This document shows positions 63,989 through 64,000 of a stretch of 64,000 bases of DNA, one piece after another. The DNA lies in the IMG/VR virus record IMGVR_UViG_3300008267_000023, positions 19,218 to 83,217 of that record; one strand, 5' to 3'. This stretch comes from a virus. A program made the position numbers and the translations under genes. Below the pieces are notes generated by a model. It was not told where the DNA came from and made no database searches. It saw only the letters and a program-made list of their open reading frames with translations. The first letter of the stretch is position 1, and every line of letters begins with the position of its first letter.

Positions 63989-64000
63989 TGAAACTCTACG

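Overview
This AT-rich 64-kb window comes from a T4-like cyanomyovirus, probably infecting Synechococcus/Cyanobium-type picocyanobacteria. The host is inferred from cp12, talC, pebS and a picocyanobacterial-type two-piece tmRNA. All credible genes lie on the + strand. 1-24.9 kb: baseplate hub/gp5 spike genes, an inserted cp12, and very large tail-fibre genes with His-x-His needle tips. 25-30 kb: a zincin-vWA/CobS-like AAA+ pair split by two homing endonuclease genes. 30-42 kb: small genes, 2OG-Fe(II) oxygenases, an RlpA-like protein, a DenV-like protein, talC, a nitrilase-family enzyme and pebS. 42.5-49.9 kb: late genes with T4 internal-protein-like capsid-targeting sequences, plus a PD-(D/E)XK nuclease/Dam pair. 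47.4-54.3 kb: 25 tRNAs covering all 20 amino acids, several structured spacer RNAs, peptide deformylase and a permuted tmRNA. 54.3-64 kb: hyperplastic small-ORF region. Top finding: directly upstream of the main tRNA array is a 33-codon leader ORF whose first 27 codons are all different except ATG (19 of 20 amino acids). It is embedded in a mutually exclusive 1:2 / 2:3 / 3:4 attenuator, making it a candidate pan-codon sensor that switches on phage tRNAs when host tRNAs are depleted. All calls were made by eye without database searches; family assignments rest on remembered motifs.
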